Shown: positions 18,379 through 27,448, numbered from the stretch's first letter. The stretch is DNA of 64,000 nt from a virus (IMGVR_UViG_3300046786_000226:10822-74821), one strand, 5' to 3'. Made by a program: numbers and translations. Notes: generated from the sequence alone by a model not told the origin.

Positions 18379-19918
18379 TTAATGCCTCTGAGAGAATTTC
18401 ATCAGCTTGATCTTCATCCCAAGCTTCTGCAGCTTCTGCGTCATTGTCATTGCCCTTGTCGATGTCTTCGAACAACATACCATGACTGACAGCAGTGGTC
18501 TTAAGAGTTTTCTTGCCATTAAGTTCTGCTAACAATGCCTGAGCATTATCTAATTCACTGTATGGAGTTTCACTAGTAAACACACGATTGATAAGTTCGA
18601 CGCCATATATTACTGAACGAGGAACCCAATTGCTTAACTCTGCACTAACACCTTTGGCTTTGCTAAACTTACTAGGATCTGGTTTATGTAAAACACAGGC
18701 AGCATCTAACAATGCGTTGGCACGTTGTACTGATTCGATGTGTTGAAAAACATTATGTCCCATCATCATAAAGTAGCTAAAGCTATCCCAGCTTGTGCGA
18801 CTTTCTTTACCGAGCTTGTTTAAATCGCCTGGTTTATAATAACAGATATCACCCATAGTCATTCTGTCGCCAATTGGACTAGACCATGGCCACGGAGTTG
18901 TATTACCAGCCATACGTCTGTCATCGATAGCTTTGTCCATAATATAACTGAAACGCTTGTTCTGATGAACGTGTTGTGTGTATACCTGTCCATAAGCAGT
19001 AGCTAAGAACGGACTAGCACAGTCAAATGTAATCTTCATGTTAGGATTAACGTGTTCACGAATGTTACGTTGTACGGCAGTTAACAAACAAGCAAGTTCA
19101 AGTTTACTAGTACCCAAGAAGTGAATTACGTCACGACCTGGCTCGAGCAACTTTTCATCGCGTAGTTTGATTAGACGTCGCAACATCAAGTCCACGTCCT
19201 TCATGTTGTTACCACCCATCGCCCAGCCTTCAAATGGATAATGCTTAACAGCTTCATACCAAATCTCAGCATCAACATTATTGCCACCTTGTAGAACGTT
19301 TAAGAACTTAGTTCGACCTTTGCGATGCTTTAAAAAGAAATCATTGTTAAACAATGTACCTTGTAAGCAGTCGTTAAAAGTTTTAAGTCCTGTACGTTCT
19401 TGGTTAATAGGTGCGGCACTCCAAGTTGGAATATCAAGCACCATACTGTAATCAGCAGTATGTTCTAACCAGTTAAGGATGGCCATACGGGTCTTGTCAG
19501 CAGTACCAACATATCCTGCATCGCCTTGCTTCTCCCAGAAGCGTTGCCAGTCAAAGTTAATAACACCTTTACCAATTTGGAATCCACCCGAGTCGCCAAG
19601 AATAAAATTATTTTTCTTATCACGTTTTTGAATCATTGATTCTTCAACGTCACTCTTGGCAATATCAAGTTGTGCGTGTCCAGCAGAGTAAAGTGCGTCT
19701 GGGTAGTAGAAGTATGCTTCTTCTTTGTTAAGAAAGTTAAATCCTTCTATGCCATTCTCAAACTCTACTGGGATACGTCCAGGAGGAACATCCACCCCTG
19801 GATTGTTCCGTTCCTTACTGATAAAGGTTTGGTAAAAGCCGCTGATACTCGGAAGGAACACAGCATAATCTTTGTTCCTTGCTTGTAAATCAACTCTTGC
19901 TTTTTTACTTAGTGACAT
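18371..19918 (-). CDS. tRNA-guanine transglycosylase-like protein (DpdA-like base-exchange enzyme)
   Basis: ILGDSGGFQ (TGT catalytic Asp motif), MVLDIP, VLQGG, HFLG, FDCASP; same locus as folE/queE/queD-like. Confidence 0.8.
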   Translation of the reverse strand: MSLSKKARVDLQARNKDYAVFLPSISGFYQTFISKERNNPGVDVPPGRIPVEFENGIEGFNFLNKEEAYFYYPDALYSAGHAQLDIAKSDVEESMIQKRDKKNNFILGDSGGFQIGKGVINFDWQRFWEKQGDAGYVGTADKTRMAILNWLEHTADYSMVLDIPTWSAAPINQERTGLKTFNDCLQGTLFNNDFFLKHRKGRTKFLNVLQGGNNVDAEIWYEAVKHYPFEGWAMGGNNMKDVDLMLRRLIKLRDEKLLEPGRDVIHFLGTSKLELACLLTAVQRNIREHVNPNMKITFDCASPFLATAYGQVYTQHVHQNKRFSYIMDKAIDDRRMAGNTTPWPWSSPIGDRMTMGDICYYKPGDLNKLGKESRTSWDSFSYFMMMGHNVFQHIESVQRANALLDAACVLHKPDPSKFSKAKGVSAELSNWVPRSVIYGVELINRVFTSETPYSELDNAQALLAELNGKKTLKTTAVSHGMLFEDIDKGNDNDAEAAEAWDEDQADEILSEALNG

Positions 19919-20261
19919 AACCGCTACCGTTATATTTCATAGTAGTGGCCAAGTCAGGCCAAGCACTCTTATAAAGACCCACGTGGATCTTTAGTTTCTT
20001 GGGAGTACGATCATTAGTAATTTGAATACTAACGTCGTATGTATAGCTATGCTCTTTAAGCATAACTTCGGTGATTTCATAACTGTGAATCCACCGATCA
20101 GCTCGCATGTCGCTGAGATATGCTTGGAACATATCTGCAGGCAAGTGACCCAAGCCTTCTTGTAAAATGCCGTCATATAGTTCGGCAATTTTTAACAAGT
20201 CGTATTTAATATCATTGATATTAATCATTGCACGACTTACATTGCTATGATATTGATTCAT
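19905..20261 (-). CDS. hypothetical protein
   Basis: Start moved to MNQYHS. Confidence 0.6.
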   Translation of the reverse strand: MNQYHSNVSRAMININDIKYDLLKIAELYDGILQEGLGHLPADMFQAYLSDMRADRWIHSYEITEVMLKEHSYTYDVSIQITNDRTPKKLKIHVGLYKSAWPDLATTMKYNGSGYVTK

Positions 20262-20271
20262 AGTTCGCACC

Positions 20272-20646
20272 TTACTTCTGTTCAAATTGAATGTAGCATC
20301 CATTTTCACCATCCTCACTTACTTCTATGGTTACTGCTCTGCCGGGATGGCGAGCATTTATTTGTGTATACAAATCTTCTGCGATCATCTCGCAACTTTT
20401 AAAATCTAATGCTAGTATAGCACCTTTATAAAGATTTTCCAACCAGCGTTTAAATTGAATAAATTCAATGTCACGATCATCGTGAAACACTTCAATGGCT
20501 ACTTTAAAATGGAACATGTGTCTGTGAGGATAGCCGAGAAAGCTAACATCATATTCATCTCCTGTAGCCAAGTTCGGATCAGTTAGAGCCGCTGGATATT
20601 TGTGAATGCCTTCTTTTTGGAAGGTAACCCAAATCATTTTCTTCAT
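20272..20646 (-). CDS. QueD-like / 6-pyruvoyl-tetrahydropterin synthase-like T-fold protein
   Basis: Start moved to MKKMIWV; H...HRHMFH His cluster, SCEMIA, VSEDGENG; pathway context. Confidence 0.7.
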   Translation of the reverse strand: MKKMIWVTFQKEGIHKYPAALTDPNLATGDEYDVSFLGYPHRHMFHFKVAIEVFHDDRDIEFIQFKRWLENLYKGAILALDFKSCEMIAEDLYTQINARHPGRAVTIEVSEDGENGCYIQFEQK

Positions 20647-20647
20647 T

Positions 20648-20914
20648 TTAATTCCATTTTTCAATAGTTGGATAACCGACATTAGCTGAAGCTTTTTTGG
20701 TTTCTTCTGCTGGCTTTGCTTTTGGTGATTCAATGACTGCCGCTAACTGCTCGGTTTCTTCATCTTCACTGGTTGTAGCATTTGCCGATTCTGTGGTATT
20801 ACCATCACCTAGAACTTTTTGATGGAAATTCCATAGTTTCCAGTCAATGGCTTCAAGGAAGCTTTCGATTCTTTTAAGACTCTTTAGCATTGCATCTGCT
20901 TGTTTGTCATTCAT
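20648..20914 (-). CDS. hypothetical protein (DWKLW motif)
   Basis: 88 aa; GGAG RBS. Confidence 0.65.
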   Translation of the reverse strand: MNDKQADAMLKSLKRIESFLEAIDWKLWNFHQKVLGDGNTTESANATTSEDEETEQLAAVIESPKAKPAEETKKASANVGYPTIEKWN

Positions 20915-21231
20915 TATTCATTCTCCTTGATATTATCCATGTCGCTGAGACCTTGGTGTAGTCTAAATGTATAACCATTTTCTTCACCAATGATACGAAC
21001 CATGTTCATAATCATCCATAACTTCCAATCTACTCTGTGTAGATATTCTGTTTGCTTTTTAAGTTCTTCAAGAACTTCTGTACGTGTATACAAAGCACTG
21101 GGATCTGCTGCCGGTTCTTTCGCACTAGCAGTTTTTGCTTTTGCTTTAGCAGGCGCCACTTCTTCTTCAATGTCAATGTCATTGACAGGAGCAGGCTTGC
21201 GCTTCACTGGGGTTAATTTCTTTGTTGCCAT
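20914..21231 (-). CDS. hypothetical protein (DWKLW motif paralog)
   Basis: 105 aa; coupled. Confidence 0.65.
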   Translation of the reverse strand: MATKKLTPVKRKPAPVNDIDIEEEVAPAKAKAKTASAKEPAADPSALYTRTEVLEELKKQTEYLHRVDWKLWMIMNMVRIIGEENGYTFRLHQGLSDMDNIKENE

Positions 21232-21968
21232 TATCGTGTATGTCCTGGTAAAATGTAATTATACACACCGATACCGCTATCGATAGTAATCATACATGCA
21301 ACTTGGCTAAAATGTACTGTACATTCGCCGTTCATGCCTAGTTTAAGAATTGACAAGAATTTGTCAATAGGCCAAGCATAGCCTTCTTTAATATTACCAC
21401 TAACGCCTTGGGCAAGTGTCATACGTCCAAAGTGACTGCCAGCAGTATCGCTACCGAAAACAAGAACAAGGTCGTTGTTCTCAGTTTTAACAGTAAACGT
21501 TGGTTCTAACGAAGAGTAAACACTGGCTTTTTGTGCCATTTCGCTTACTTTGCTTTTCTTAGGTTCAAAGCTAACGTCCCATTTAACACCCTTGAACTTG
21601 CTTTGTTGCAGTTGTGTGTCAATGATCTCTTTGCTCATCAAACGATACTTGTCGTTGTTACCATCTGTGTCTTTAAACAGCAAATAGTCTGGCAATGTTT
21701 CGCCATTCTTGTCTACTGTAAGAACTTCTACTGTAGCACCTTCCTTGTTGTAAAGGCCTGTGATACCATTTAGGAAACCTAAGTTACCTAATCCAACTTC
21801 ACCAATTAATCCTGCTTCTGGTGATTTTAGTTTTGCGTCTAGTACAACGGTTTTCTTTTCATCACAAGTCCAAATTTCAGTTTCTGAATCTGTACCTGTA
21901 ATTTTAGCCAAGTCAAAAAAGCCAAGGCTTGCCGTATGTCTGACAATGTCAAAAATTGTGTCTTTCAA
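21231..21968 (-). CDS. probable DNA polymerase sliding clamp (T4 gp45/PCNA-like)
   Basis: 245 aa, two-domain beta-rich pattern, C-terminal IDSGIGVYNYILP, immediately downstream of the polymerase; TTG start with AGGAG RBS. Confidence 0.6.
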   Translation of the reverse strand: MKDTIFDIVRHTASLGFFDLAKITGTDSETEIWTCDEKKTVVLDAKLKSPEAGLIGEVGLGNLGFLNGITGLYNKEGATVEVLTVDKNGETLPDYLLFKDTDGNNDKYRLMSKEIIDTQLQQSKFKGVKWDVSFEPKKSKVSEMAQKASVYSSLEPTFTVKTENNDLVLVFGSDTAGSHFGRMTLAQGVSGNIKEGYAWPIDKFLSILKLGMNGECTVHFSQVACMITIDSGIGVYNYILPGHTR

Positions 21969-21988
21969 ATTATTCTCCTGTATAGTAA

Positions 21989-22018
21989 ATTATACTATAT
22001 TTAGGTTTAGATAGTCAA
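21989..22018 (-). promoter_or_regulatory. sigma70-type promoter with a nested TAAATA element
   Basis: TTGACT-N18-TATAAT; CTAAATA within the spacer. Confidence 0.65.
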
Positions 22019-22088
22019 ATTGTATATTACCAAAATATACTTTGCTAAGTGACGGACATGTACCAAACATGTCCTGTCTTTTATTTAG

Positions 22089-24734
22089 TTACCCGAACAA
22101 CATATCGAAGCTAGTTTTTTGATCACTAGCACTGATATCCCAGTCAAGAACTCCAATTAGGTTGTCCACTTTATTGTCAATAATAGTAGCTTCCATGGCC
22201 GCATTATCAAAAGATAATTCTTTAAACCATTCTGGTAGTCTAAGTTCATCTGTTGGATAAGCGATACTTGTAATACCCATTGGATTGGATTTTAGTTTAC
22301 AAACAATAACTTTCATACCATCAGTAATATCCATACTGCGTTGGTCACTGTGTGCTTTCTTAAATCTGTTCCAATTGATAGCCGCCATAGCATGTCCAAC
22401 TCCGCACTTGCCAGTCTTTTCAAAATTCTCAGTATGTTTGGTTAAGTTATTAACACGCTTAGGAGTACCTTTCTCCCATCCTGGTCGCTCTTTGAACTTT
22501 GTTCTAAACTCATTGATAGCATCAATAACGTCTTGCTTGTCCTGTCCATTAAGAACCATTAGTAGAATCTGCTCAAGAAACTTTTGCATGAACTCGGGAG
22601 TGTCTGATCTCTTAAGGTCAAGACCCATGGCCTTAATCTCGCCAAGCTCTCCGTTTATATCTTTGCGTTTACCTTCCTTATCATAGATAAGAACAGCATA
22701 ACGCTTTTTAGTAATGAACAAGCCTTTTGATGCAACAACCTCTCGACCGGCTTTAATAATCTCACCATAGTTAGTGGGACAATTAAATGCGTGATTCATA
22801 AAGCCAGGGAATGTGGCATTAACTTCATCGGCTACAGTATCGTATAACTCGATAATTTTATCACGAGTCCATTCGAGTTCATTTCTAGCAATTTGTTCTT
22901 TATAAATTGGATAAGCACTAAAATAACAAGAGTCAGTATCACCATAGATAATAGTCTTACCTAAGTGATCATATTCTCCTGTGAACATTTCATTTACTTG
23001 ACCTGCCATATGCTTGGCAACTTGCCTGCCACATAGTGTTGTACTTTGTCCTAATCGAATATCGAAGAACCTAGAACCTGCGTTAAGTAAAGCACCATAC
23101 AGTGAGTTCAAATTAATCTTTTTGACTAACTGTCGCTTGTCCCAATATTCAAACATATCAGTGCCATATGCTTCTTTGGCTTTCTTTTGTAAGTCTTTGC
23201 GCTCGCTGTACCAACGGGCTAGCAAGCCAGGAATAACGCCTTGCTTTTCAAAAGTAAACAATGTACCGTTAGCAGTCAACATCCAAGGATTGCCACTTAG
23301 ATAAATTAACTCATGTGCTTCTGCCGCTGACATTTCTGTGCTTCTGCCATCTTCCCAATCTATAATAATGGTATAGGCTTTATTCCTTGCCATAACTTGT
23401 TCGTATTCATGAATAGCAAATTTACCATCCCAATAATCAGCAAAGCCTTCGCCCTTAGCTAACCAATCTTTAAGTTCTTGCTTAGTTTGTTGCTGTCTAA
23501 TCTGTCCAACAATAGTCTCTGGACTCATGTTAAGCGCACGAATTAGAGAGGGATACAGACTGTTCAAGTCCATTGATCCAATCCAATCGTGAATGCCTTT
23601 TTTGGGATACGCAACATAAGCACCTGCTGCCTGTGTTTCAATCCCATCACCACGCTTACGATCCAAGACCATTAAGCCACGACTGTGAGCTTCGTTGATA
23701 ATCGCTTGGTCAGTCATAGCCACTGCGCCCATTGTTGTGCGTAGTGTAACTGTGTTTGCGTGTGCCAATACGTTAACTAAGTCAATGTATTGTAGTTTGG
23801 CATCCATCTTGTAAAGCAACATAGTATCTTGTCTGTTATAAGCAATAAACTTTTCAAAGTCATTGTTATACAGTTGATCCAATGTGCCTTCGTAATGAAC
23901 TTTAGTTTCACCAATCTCAATCTCACCGACATAGTCAAGACGATATGTATGAAGTTCATGATAGGTATACTTGCGATATAGATCAAGATAGTCTAAGTGT
24001 ACACGACCAACAAAGTCATATGTTTCGCTGATCTTGCCATACTTTTCGTATTCACGCTTTTTAGGTTTTTGACCCCACAAGCAGAATCGTTTAGTATGCT
24101 CTGCGCTCATTATTTTAATAATGCGATTAACAGTATAAGGTACGTCATAGCCTTCGCTGTTCCAGCCACTGATAATGTCAGCATCGTCGATGAGAGTTAG
24201 AAATGTTTCTAACATATCTACTTCGTCTGTACAAAGAATAGTGTCTTCAAAACGGGCAACGATTGCTTCTGCTTGATCCTGAGACATCTTTTCTGGTTTA
24301 ATAACCATTGTAATTAGTTTGTCTAACCAGCCGCAATGTACAGAGATAGCAGTAATAGGATTGAAAGGATCGCTGGGATCAGCAAAGCCTTTTTCTTTAT
24401 TGTACGCAACTTCGATATCGAAGAATGCCTTATTAAGTTTTGGAGCATCAGCATTGAGATAATTTGATTCTAAACAACGATTAAGAGGTTTGACATCACT
24501 TTCATAAAGTTGTTTGTGTCCGTAAATACGCTTTTCTTTTTCAAAAGCCTTATTACTAGACACAGCAACTTTGCTTAGTCTCTTACCATCAATGCCTGTG
24601 TATTGACCTTTATTGTCTTGGTAGTAAAACAAATAATGTGCTGGAAAGCTTTTAAACTTCCTAACGCCATCGACTCGTTCTACAACATTGATAAGGTCTT
24701 TATCTTTTACATAAACTGCGTCAACATAACTCAT
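22089..24734 (-). CDS. DNA polymerase, family B (T4 gp43-like)
   Basis: Exonuclease FDIEV, GWNSEGYD, YNRQD; polymerase MDLNSLYPS, KINLNSLYG, YGDTDS. Confidence 0.97.
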   Translation of the reverse strand: MSYVDAVYVKDKDLINVVERVDGVRKFKSFPAHYLFYYQDNKGQYTGIDGKRLSKVAVSSNKAFEKEKRIYGHKQLYESDVKPLNRCLESNYLNADAPKLNKAFFDIEVAYNKEKGFADPSDPFNPITAISVHCGWLDKLITMVIKPEKMSQDQAEAIVARFEDTILCTDEVDMLETFLTLIDDADIISGWNSEGYDVPYTVNRIIKIMSAEHTKRFCLWGQKPKKREYEKYGKISETYDFVGRVHLDYLDLYRKYTYHELHTYRLDYVGEIEIGETKVHYEGTLDQLYNNDFEKFIAYNRQDTMLLYKMDAKLQYIDLVNVLAHANTVTLRTTMGAVAMTDQAIINEAHSRGLMVLDRKRGDGIETQAAGAYVAYPKKGIHDWIGSMDLNSLYPSLIRALNMSPETIVGQIRQQQTKQELKDWLAKGEGFADYWDGKFAIHEYEQVMARNKAYTIIIDWEDGRSTEMSAAEAHELIYLSGNPWMLTANGTLFTFEKQGVIPGLLARWYSERKDLQKKAKEAYGTDMFEYWDKRQLVKKINLNSLYGALLNAGSRFFDIRLGQSTTLCGRQVAKHMAGQVNEMFTGEYDHLGKTIIYGDTDSCYFSAYPIYKEQIARNELEWTRDKIIELYDTVADEVNATFPGFMNHAFNCPTNYGEIIKAGREVVASKGLFITKKRYAVLIYDKEGKRKDINGELGEIKAMGLDLKRSDTPEFMQKFLEQILLMVLNGQDKQDVIDAINEFRTKFKERPGWEKGTPKRVNNLTKHTENFEKTGKCGVGHAMAAINWNRFKKAHSDQRSMDITDGMKVIVCKLKSNPMGITSIAYPTDELRLPEWFKELSFDNAAMEATIIDNKVDNLIGVLDWDISASDQKTSFDMLFG

Positions 24735-24970
24735 AGTATATTATATATTCCTGCAACATAGATTAATGTAACTATAAGTTGAACAATAATCAAACTCCAT
24801 TTGCGCCAAAGGATACCAAGAACAAACCAGCCTAGATTGCCTAGACAACTGAACCAAATGTTTAGAGGATAAACATTATAACTGGTCAGGGCAACACCGA
24901 CAATAAGAATAGCTGTACATAACCATTCAAAATAGAATTGCCAAGTTTGTTCTTTTAGGAATTTAATCAA
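24731..24970 (-). CDS. small 3-TM membrane protein
   Basis: 79 aa, three hydrophobic segments; YPLN...LGNLGW...W pattern. Confidence 0.65.
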   Translation of the reverse strand: MIKFLKEQTWQFYFEWLCTAILIVGVALTSYNVYPLNIWFSCLGNLGWFVLGILWRKWSLIIVQLIVTLIYVAGIYNIL

Positions 24971-25224
24971 CGATGACCTGCTACTTCAAGAACTTCTTCC
25001 ACTTCAGTGAAAGCATTTTGTTCTTTTTCAAATTCGTTTTTGTAAGCAATACGCAGAGCTTTTTTAAGTACACCAGGTTTCATGTCTAGTTCTTCTGCGA
25101 TAGCTTTGATAGTCTCGCTGAGACCTTCATTGAGCGCATTGACTTCGCTCATAACCTGAATGCCTTCAGCAAACAGTTTTTTAATTTTTGCCTTTTCATC
25201 GGCACTGAACATACGCGGGTCCAT
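24967..25224 (-). CDS. T4 DsbA/GapR-like small dsDNA-binding protein
   Basis: Helical 85 aa; IKAIAEELDMKPGVLKKALRIAYK resembles the DsbA C-terminus. Confidence 0.5.
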   Translation of the reverse strand: MDPRMFSADEKAKIKKLFAEGIQVMSEVNALNEGLSETIKAIAEELDMKPGVLKKALRIAYKNEFEKEQNAFTEVEEVLEVAGHR

Positions 25225-25245
25225 AGTAACTCCTTTAAAGTAACT

Positions 25246-25273
25246 ATTATAGCACCTTGTTGTTTAAAGTCAA
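25246..25273 (-). promoter_or_regulatory. sigma70-type promoter
   Basis: TTGACT-N16-TATAAT, then AAGGAG RBS. Confidence 0.7.
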
Positions 25274-25276
25274 TGA

Positions 25277-25531
25277 TTATTTGGTAAACAAAGCAATTTC
25301 TTTTTGGCGTAACTCTTCAAGTTCTGGACGAACTCTGCCATTTTCAATTACCCATTTTGCTAGTTCAGCGGGTACAGAATCAAAATCATTTTTGTTAATG
25401 ACTTTGAGTAAGTTGCTGTTTTTGAATATTGTTGTGCCGCGATCGTCAATGAATGATACTAATGCGGCGGTTTGAGATTCTGTTAATGTTACTTTAACTA
25501 AATCTTTTACTATCTTTTCAGTTTTTTGCAT
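25277..25531 (-). CDS. GH24 lysozyme C-terminal-lobe-only protein
   Basis: VTLTESQTAALVSF...SNLLKVIN...ELAKWV..GRVRPELEELRQKEIALF; catalytic N-lobe absent. Confidence 0.6.
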   Translation of the reverse strand: MQKTEKIVKDLVKVTLTESQTAALVSFIDDRGTTIFKNSNLLKVINKNDFDSVPAELAKWVIENGRVRPELEELRQKEIALFTK

Positions 25532-25971
25532 TATCTATTTTTTAATGTAGCTGTCAACATCCATGCGTGTTTTGCAAACGCATCCTGTCTTTCAGCCATC
25601 AAATTACTTAGTCCGTGATTACTGTTTTGTTCAGCCAAATCGTAGCAAACTTTAATACTAGTTTGTACTACGCTAATATCTGCTAATAATTTTTCGATCA
25701 TTGAACGAGAATTTGGAATCTCAACTTGATCTTCTATTTGACTTAGTTCTAAGTAACGTCTAAAACTGCCAGGTGTATAAAAGCCAATTGTGCGAACTCG
25801 TTCGGCAATAGTATCTACACTGCCATAAACTTCTTCATAGATATCTCCAAACAATCCATGATATTGCTTGAAGTCTGGTCCTTCTACGTTCCAGTGAAAG
25901 TTCTGTGCTTTTAAGCTAAATGCGTAATGATTTGCTAATACTATTTTAAGTGCTTGCGAGAGTTCGTCCAT
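25531..25971 (-). CDS. dps: Dps (DNA-binding ferritin-like protein)
   Basis: KAQNFHWNVEGPDFKQYHGLF...DTIAERVR, KHAWML. Confidence 0.93.
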   Translation of the reverse strand: MDELSQALKIVLANHYAFSLKAQNFHWNVEGPDFKQYHGLFGDIYEEVYGSVDTIAERVRTIGFYTPGSFRRYLELSQIEDQVEIPNSRSMIEKLLADISVVQTSIKVCYDLAEQNSNHGLSNLMAERQDAFAKHAWMLTATLKNR

Positions 25972-25986
25972 GACAATATATTCCTT

Positions 25987-26406
25987 TTAATTATTTATCT
26001 TTTGCTCAATGGGAGAACTAATACGAAGTATGGTGTTAGTAGTAGAGTAATCACCTACTCTATCATAATAAATTACTTGTTTACAGTATTGCTCTGCTGT
26101 GCTAGGACGATCTTTTTTCCAGTCACTGCCTTTAACATATACGTCAGGGCTGTATAATTTCATTATATCTATAAGCTGTTCTTTGCTGTCAAAGAATTGT
26201 ACTTCATCGACTGCTTTAAGATTTAATAAATGAAACTTGCGATCTTCTTGATTGTTAATAGGGCGTGTTTCGCCTTTTAATTCTTTAACTCTACGATCTG
26301 TGTCTATCGCTATTAGTAAATAATCACCACGACTCTTTGCGTAGTTTAACATTTCGATATGCCCGCGATGCAGGATATCAAACGTACCATTAACCATTAC
26401 TCGCAT
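25987..26406 (-). CDS. RfaE/HldE domain II-like adenylyl/cytidylyltransferase
   Basis: NGTFDILHRGH, LKGETRPIN, VKGSDW, YSTTN. Confidence 0.88.
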   Translation of the reverse strand: MRVMVNGTFDILHRGHIEMLNYAKSRGDYLLIAIDTDRRVKELKGETRPINNQEDRKFHLLNLKAVDEVQFFDSKEQLIDIMKLYSPDVYVKGSDWKKDRPSTAEQYCKQVIYYDRVGDYSTTNTILRISSPIEQKINN

Positions 26407-26758
26407 TTTGACTATCTCCGGGTGCTACTCTATAATTGTCTTCTACGCTGTCAGGAGTACTAACTTCAATAATAGTACCGGCTTCTAAACAAATTAATTG
26501 ATGAGGTTGCATGGGCCTATTGCGCCATGTTGTACCTGGTTTAAGTATAGCATCGTGTTGACTGGCATCTTTAGTTTCAATGAATACTACTTTAAATAGT
26601 CCATCTAACACATACCATGTCTCGTCTTTTTCGGCATGAAAATGCATACTGAATTTAGCACCTTGGTTAAACTTTAATAGCTTACCGCAGTATTTGTCAT
26701 TGGTGGCCCAAATGTTTTCCGAGCCCCAGCCCTTGGCTACAAAACCTTCTAATCTCAT
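26390..26758 (-). CDS. cupin (mannose-6-phosphate isomerase-like)
   Basis: KGWGSE, SMHFHAEKDETWYV, PHQL, IEVSTPD. Confidence 0.8.
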   Translation of the reverse strand: MRLEGFVAKGWGSENIWATNDKYCGKLLKFNQGAKFSMHFHAEKDETWYVLDGLFKVVFIETKDASQHDAILKPGTTWRNRPMQPHQLICLEAGTIIEVSTPDSVEDNYRVAPGDSQNASNG

Positions 26759-26763
26759 AGTTT

Positions 26764-26769
26764 TATTTA
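26764..26769 (-). promoter_or_regulatory. T4-late-like TAAATA element 5 nt before ATG
   Basis: ATAAATA-AAACT-ATG. Confidence 0.5.
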
Positions 26770-27024
26770 TTGACTCTCACCAACAGCACGACCTTTGAAA
26801 GGATGCTGTTTAGGTGCTTTGCCTAACACTGGACTAGTCTTTTTTGGCATTTCAGTTGCAGGAACTTGTTTAGCTTTCTTTTGACCAGCATCTAAGTCCT
26901 CGCCAATCTCCTTACAGCTACCTTTTTCGTTTCGTTTCTTGCCTGGTACTTTTCTAAAACCTGGCCAGCACTTGTCGTAGATTTTGCTATTACCGTGTGC
27001 TTCGAGGAGTTCTTGTATTTTCAT
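26767..27024 (-). CDS. putative virion internal protein (MKIQELLE N-terminus)
   Basis: Capsid-targeting-like N-terminus; basic segments. Confidence 0.65.
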   Translation of the reverse strand: MKIQELLEAHGNSKIYDKCWPGFRKVPGKKRNEKGSCKEIGEDLDAGQKKAKQVPATEMPKKTSPVLGKAPKQHPFKGRAVGESQ

Positions 27025-27025
27025 A

Positions 27026-27448
27026 TTAACAATTCCATTTGCGTAATGCCAATGCCTTGCGTGTTGGCTCGCCGTTGTCCTTTTTCATAGGGCCTTTCAT
27101 GCCACCCATTCTAGCACAGAATGATTTACGACGTTTGGCAGCTTTACTGCCTTTTTTAAGTTTACTAGGTTTAGTTGTCACAGCAGTTTGTAATTTACTA
27201 CCAGGATGTTCCCTGCGATAGCTGGCAACACCTTTGGCATTTAAACCGCCATTTTTATTCTTACCTGACTTCTTTTGCCAAGCGGCAGATTCTTTTAGTA
27301 AGTCATCATCGTCTAGATCTTCAAAGTCTTCCCAAATTACATCAGCATCGACGCCATGCTGTTCGGCAAGTTGTTCTACCCATTCTTCAATGATATCAAA
27401 TTGAGAATCTAAGTCTTGGATTGATTCAGTAAGTTCGTATAATCTCAT
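27026..27448 (-). CDS. putative virion internal protein, acidic N-half and basic C-half
   Basis: MRLYELTE; LLKE-SAAWQKKSGKNKNGGLNAKG...RRKSFCARM. Confidence 0.7.
   Translation of the reverse strand: MRLYELTESIQDLDSQFDIIEEWVEQLAEQHGVDADVIWEDFEDLDDDDLLKESAAWQKKSGKNKNGGLNAKGVASYRREHPGSKLQTAVTTKPSKLKKGSKAAKRRKSFCARMGGMKGPMKKDNGEPTRKALALRKWNC

Noticed and set aside
22051-22078. Hairpin GGACATGT-ACCAA-ACATGTCC between the polymerase and clamp genes
   Set aside because: It lacks a convincing U-tract on the coding strand; it could be an operator or processing site, but nothing further supports a call.
22089-24734. Intein or intron in the DNA polymerase
   Set aside because: 881 aa with continuous motif spacing; no intein or homing-endonuclease motifs.
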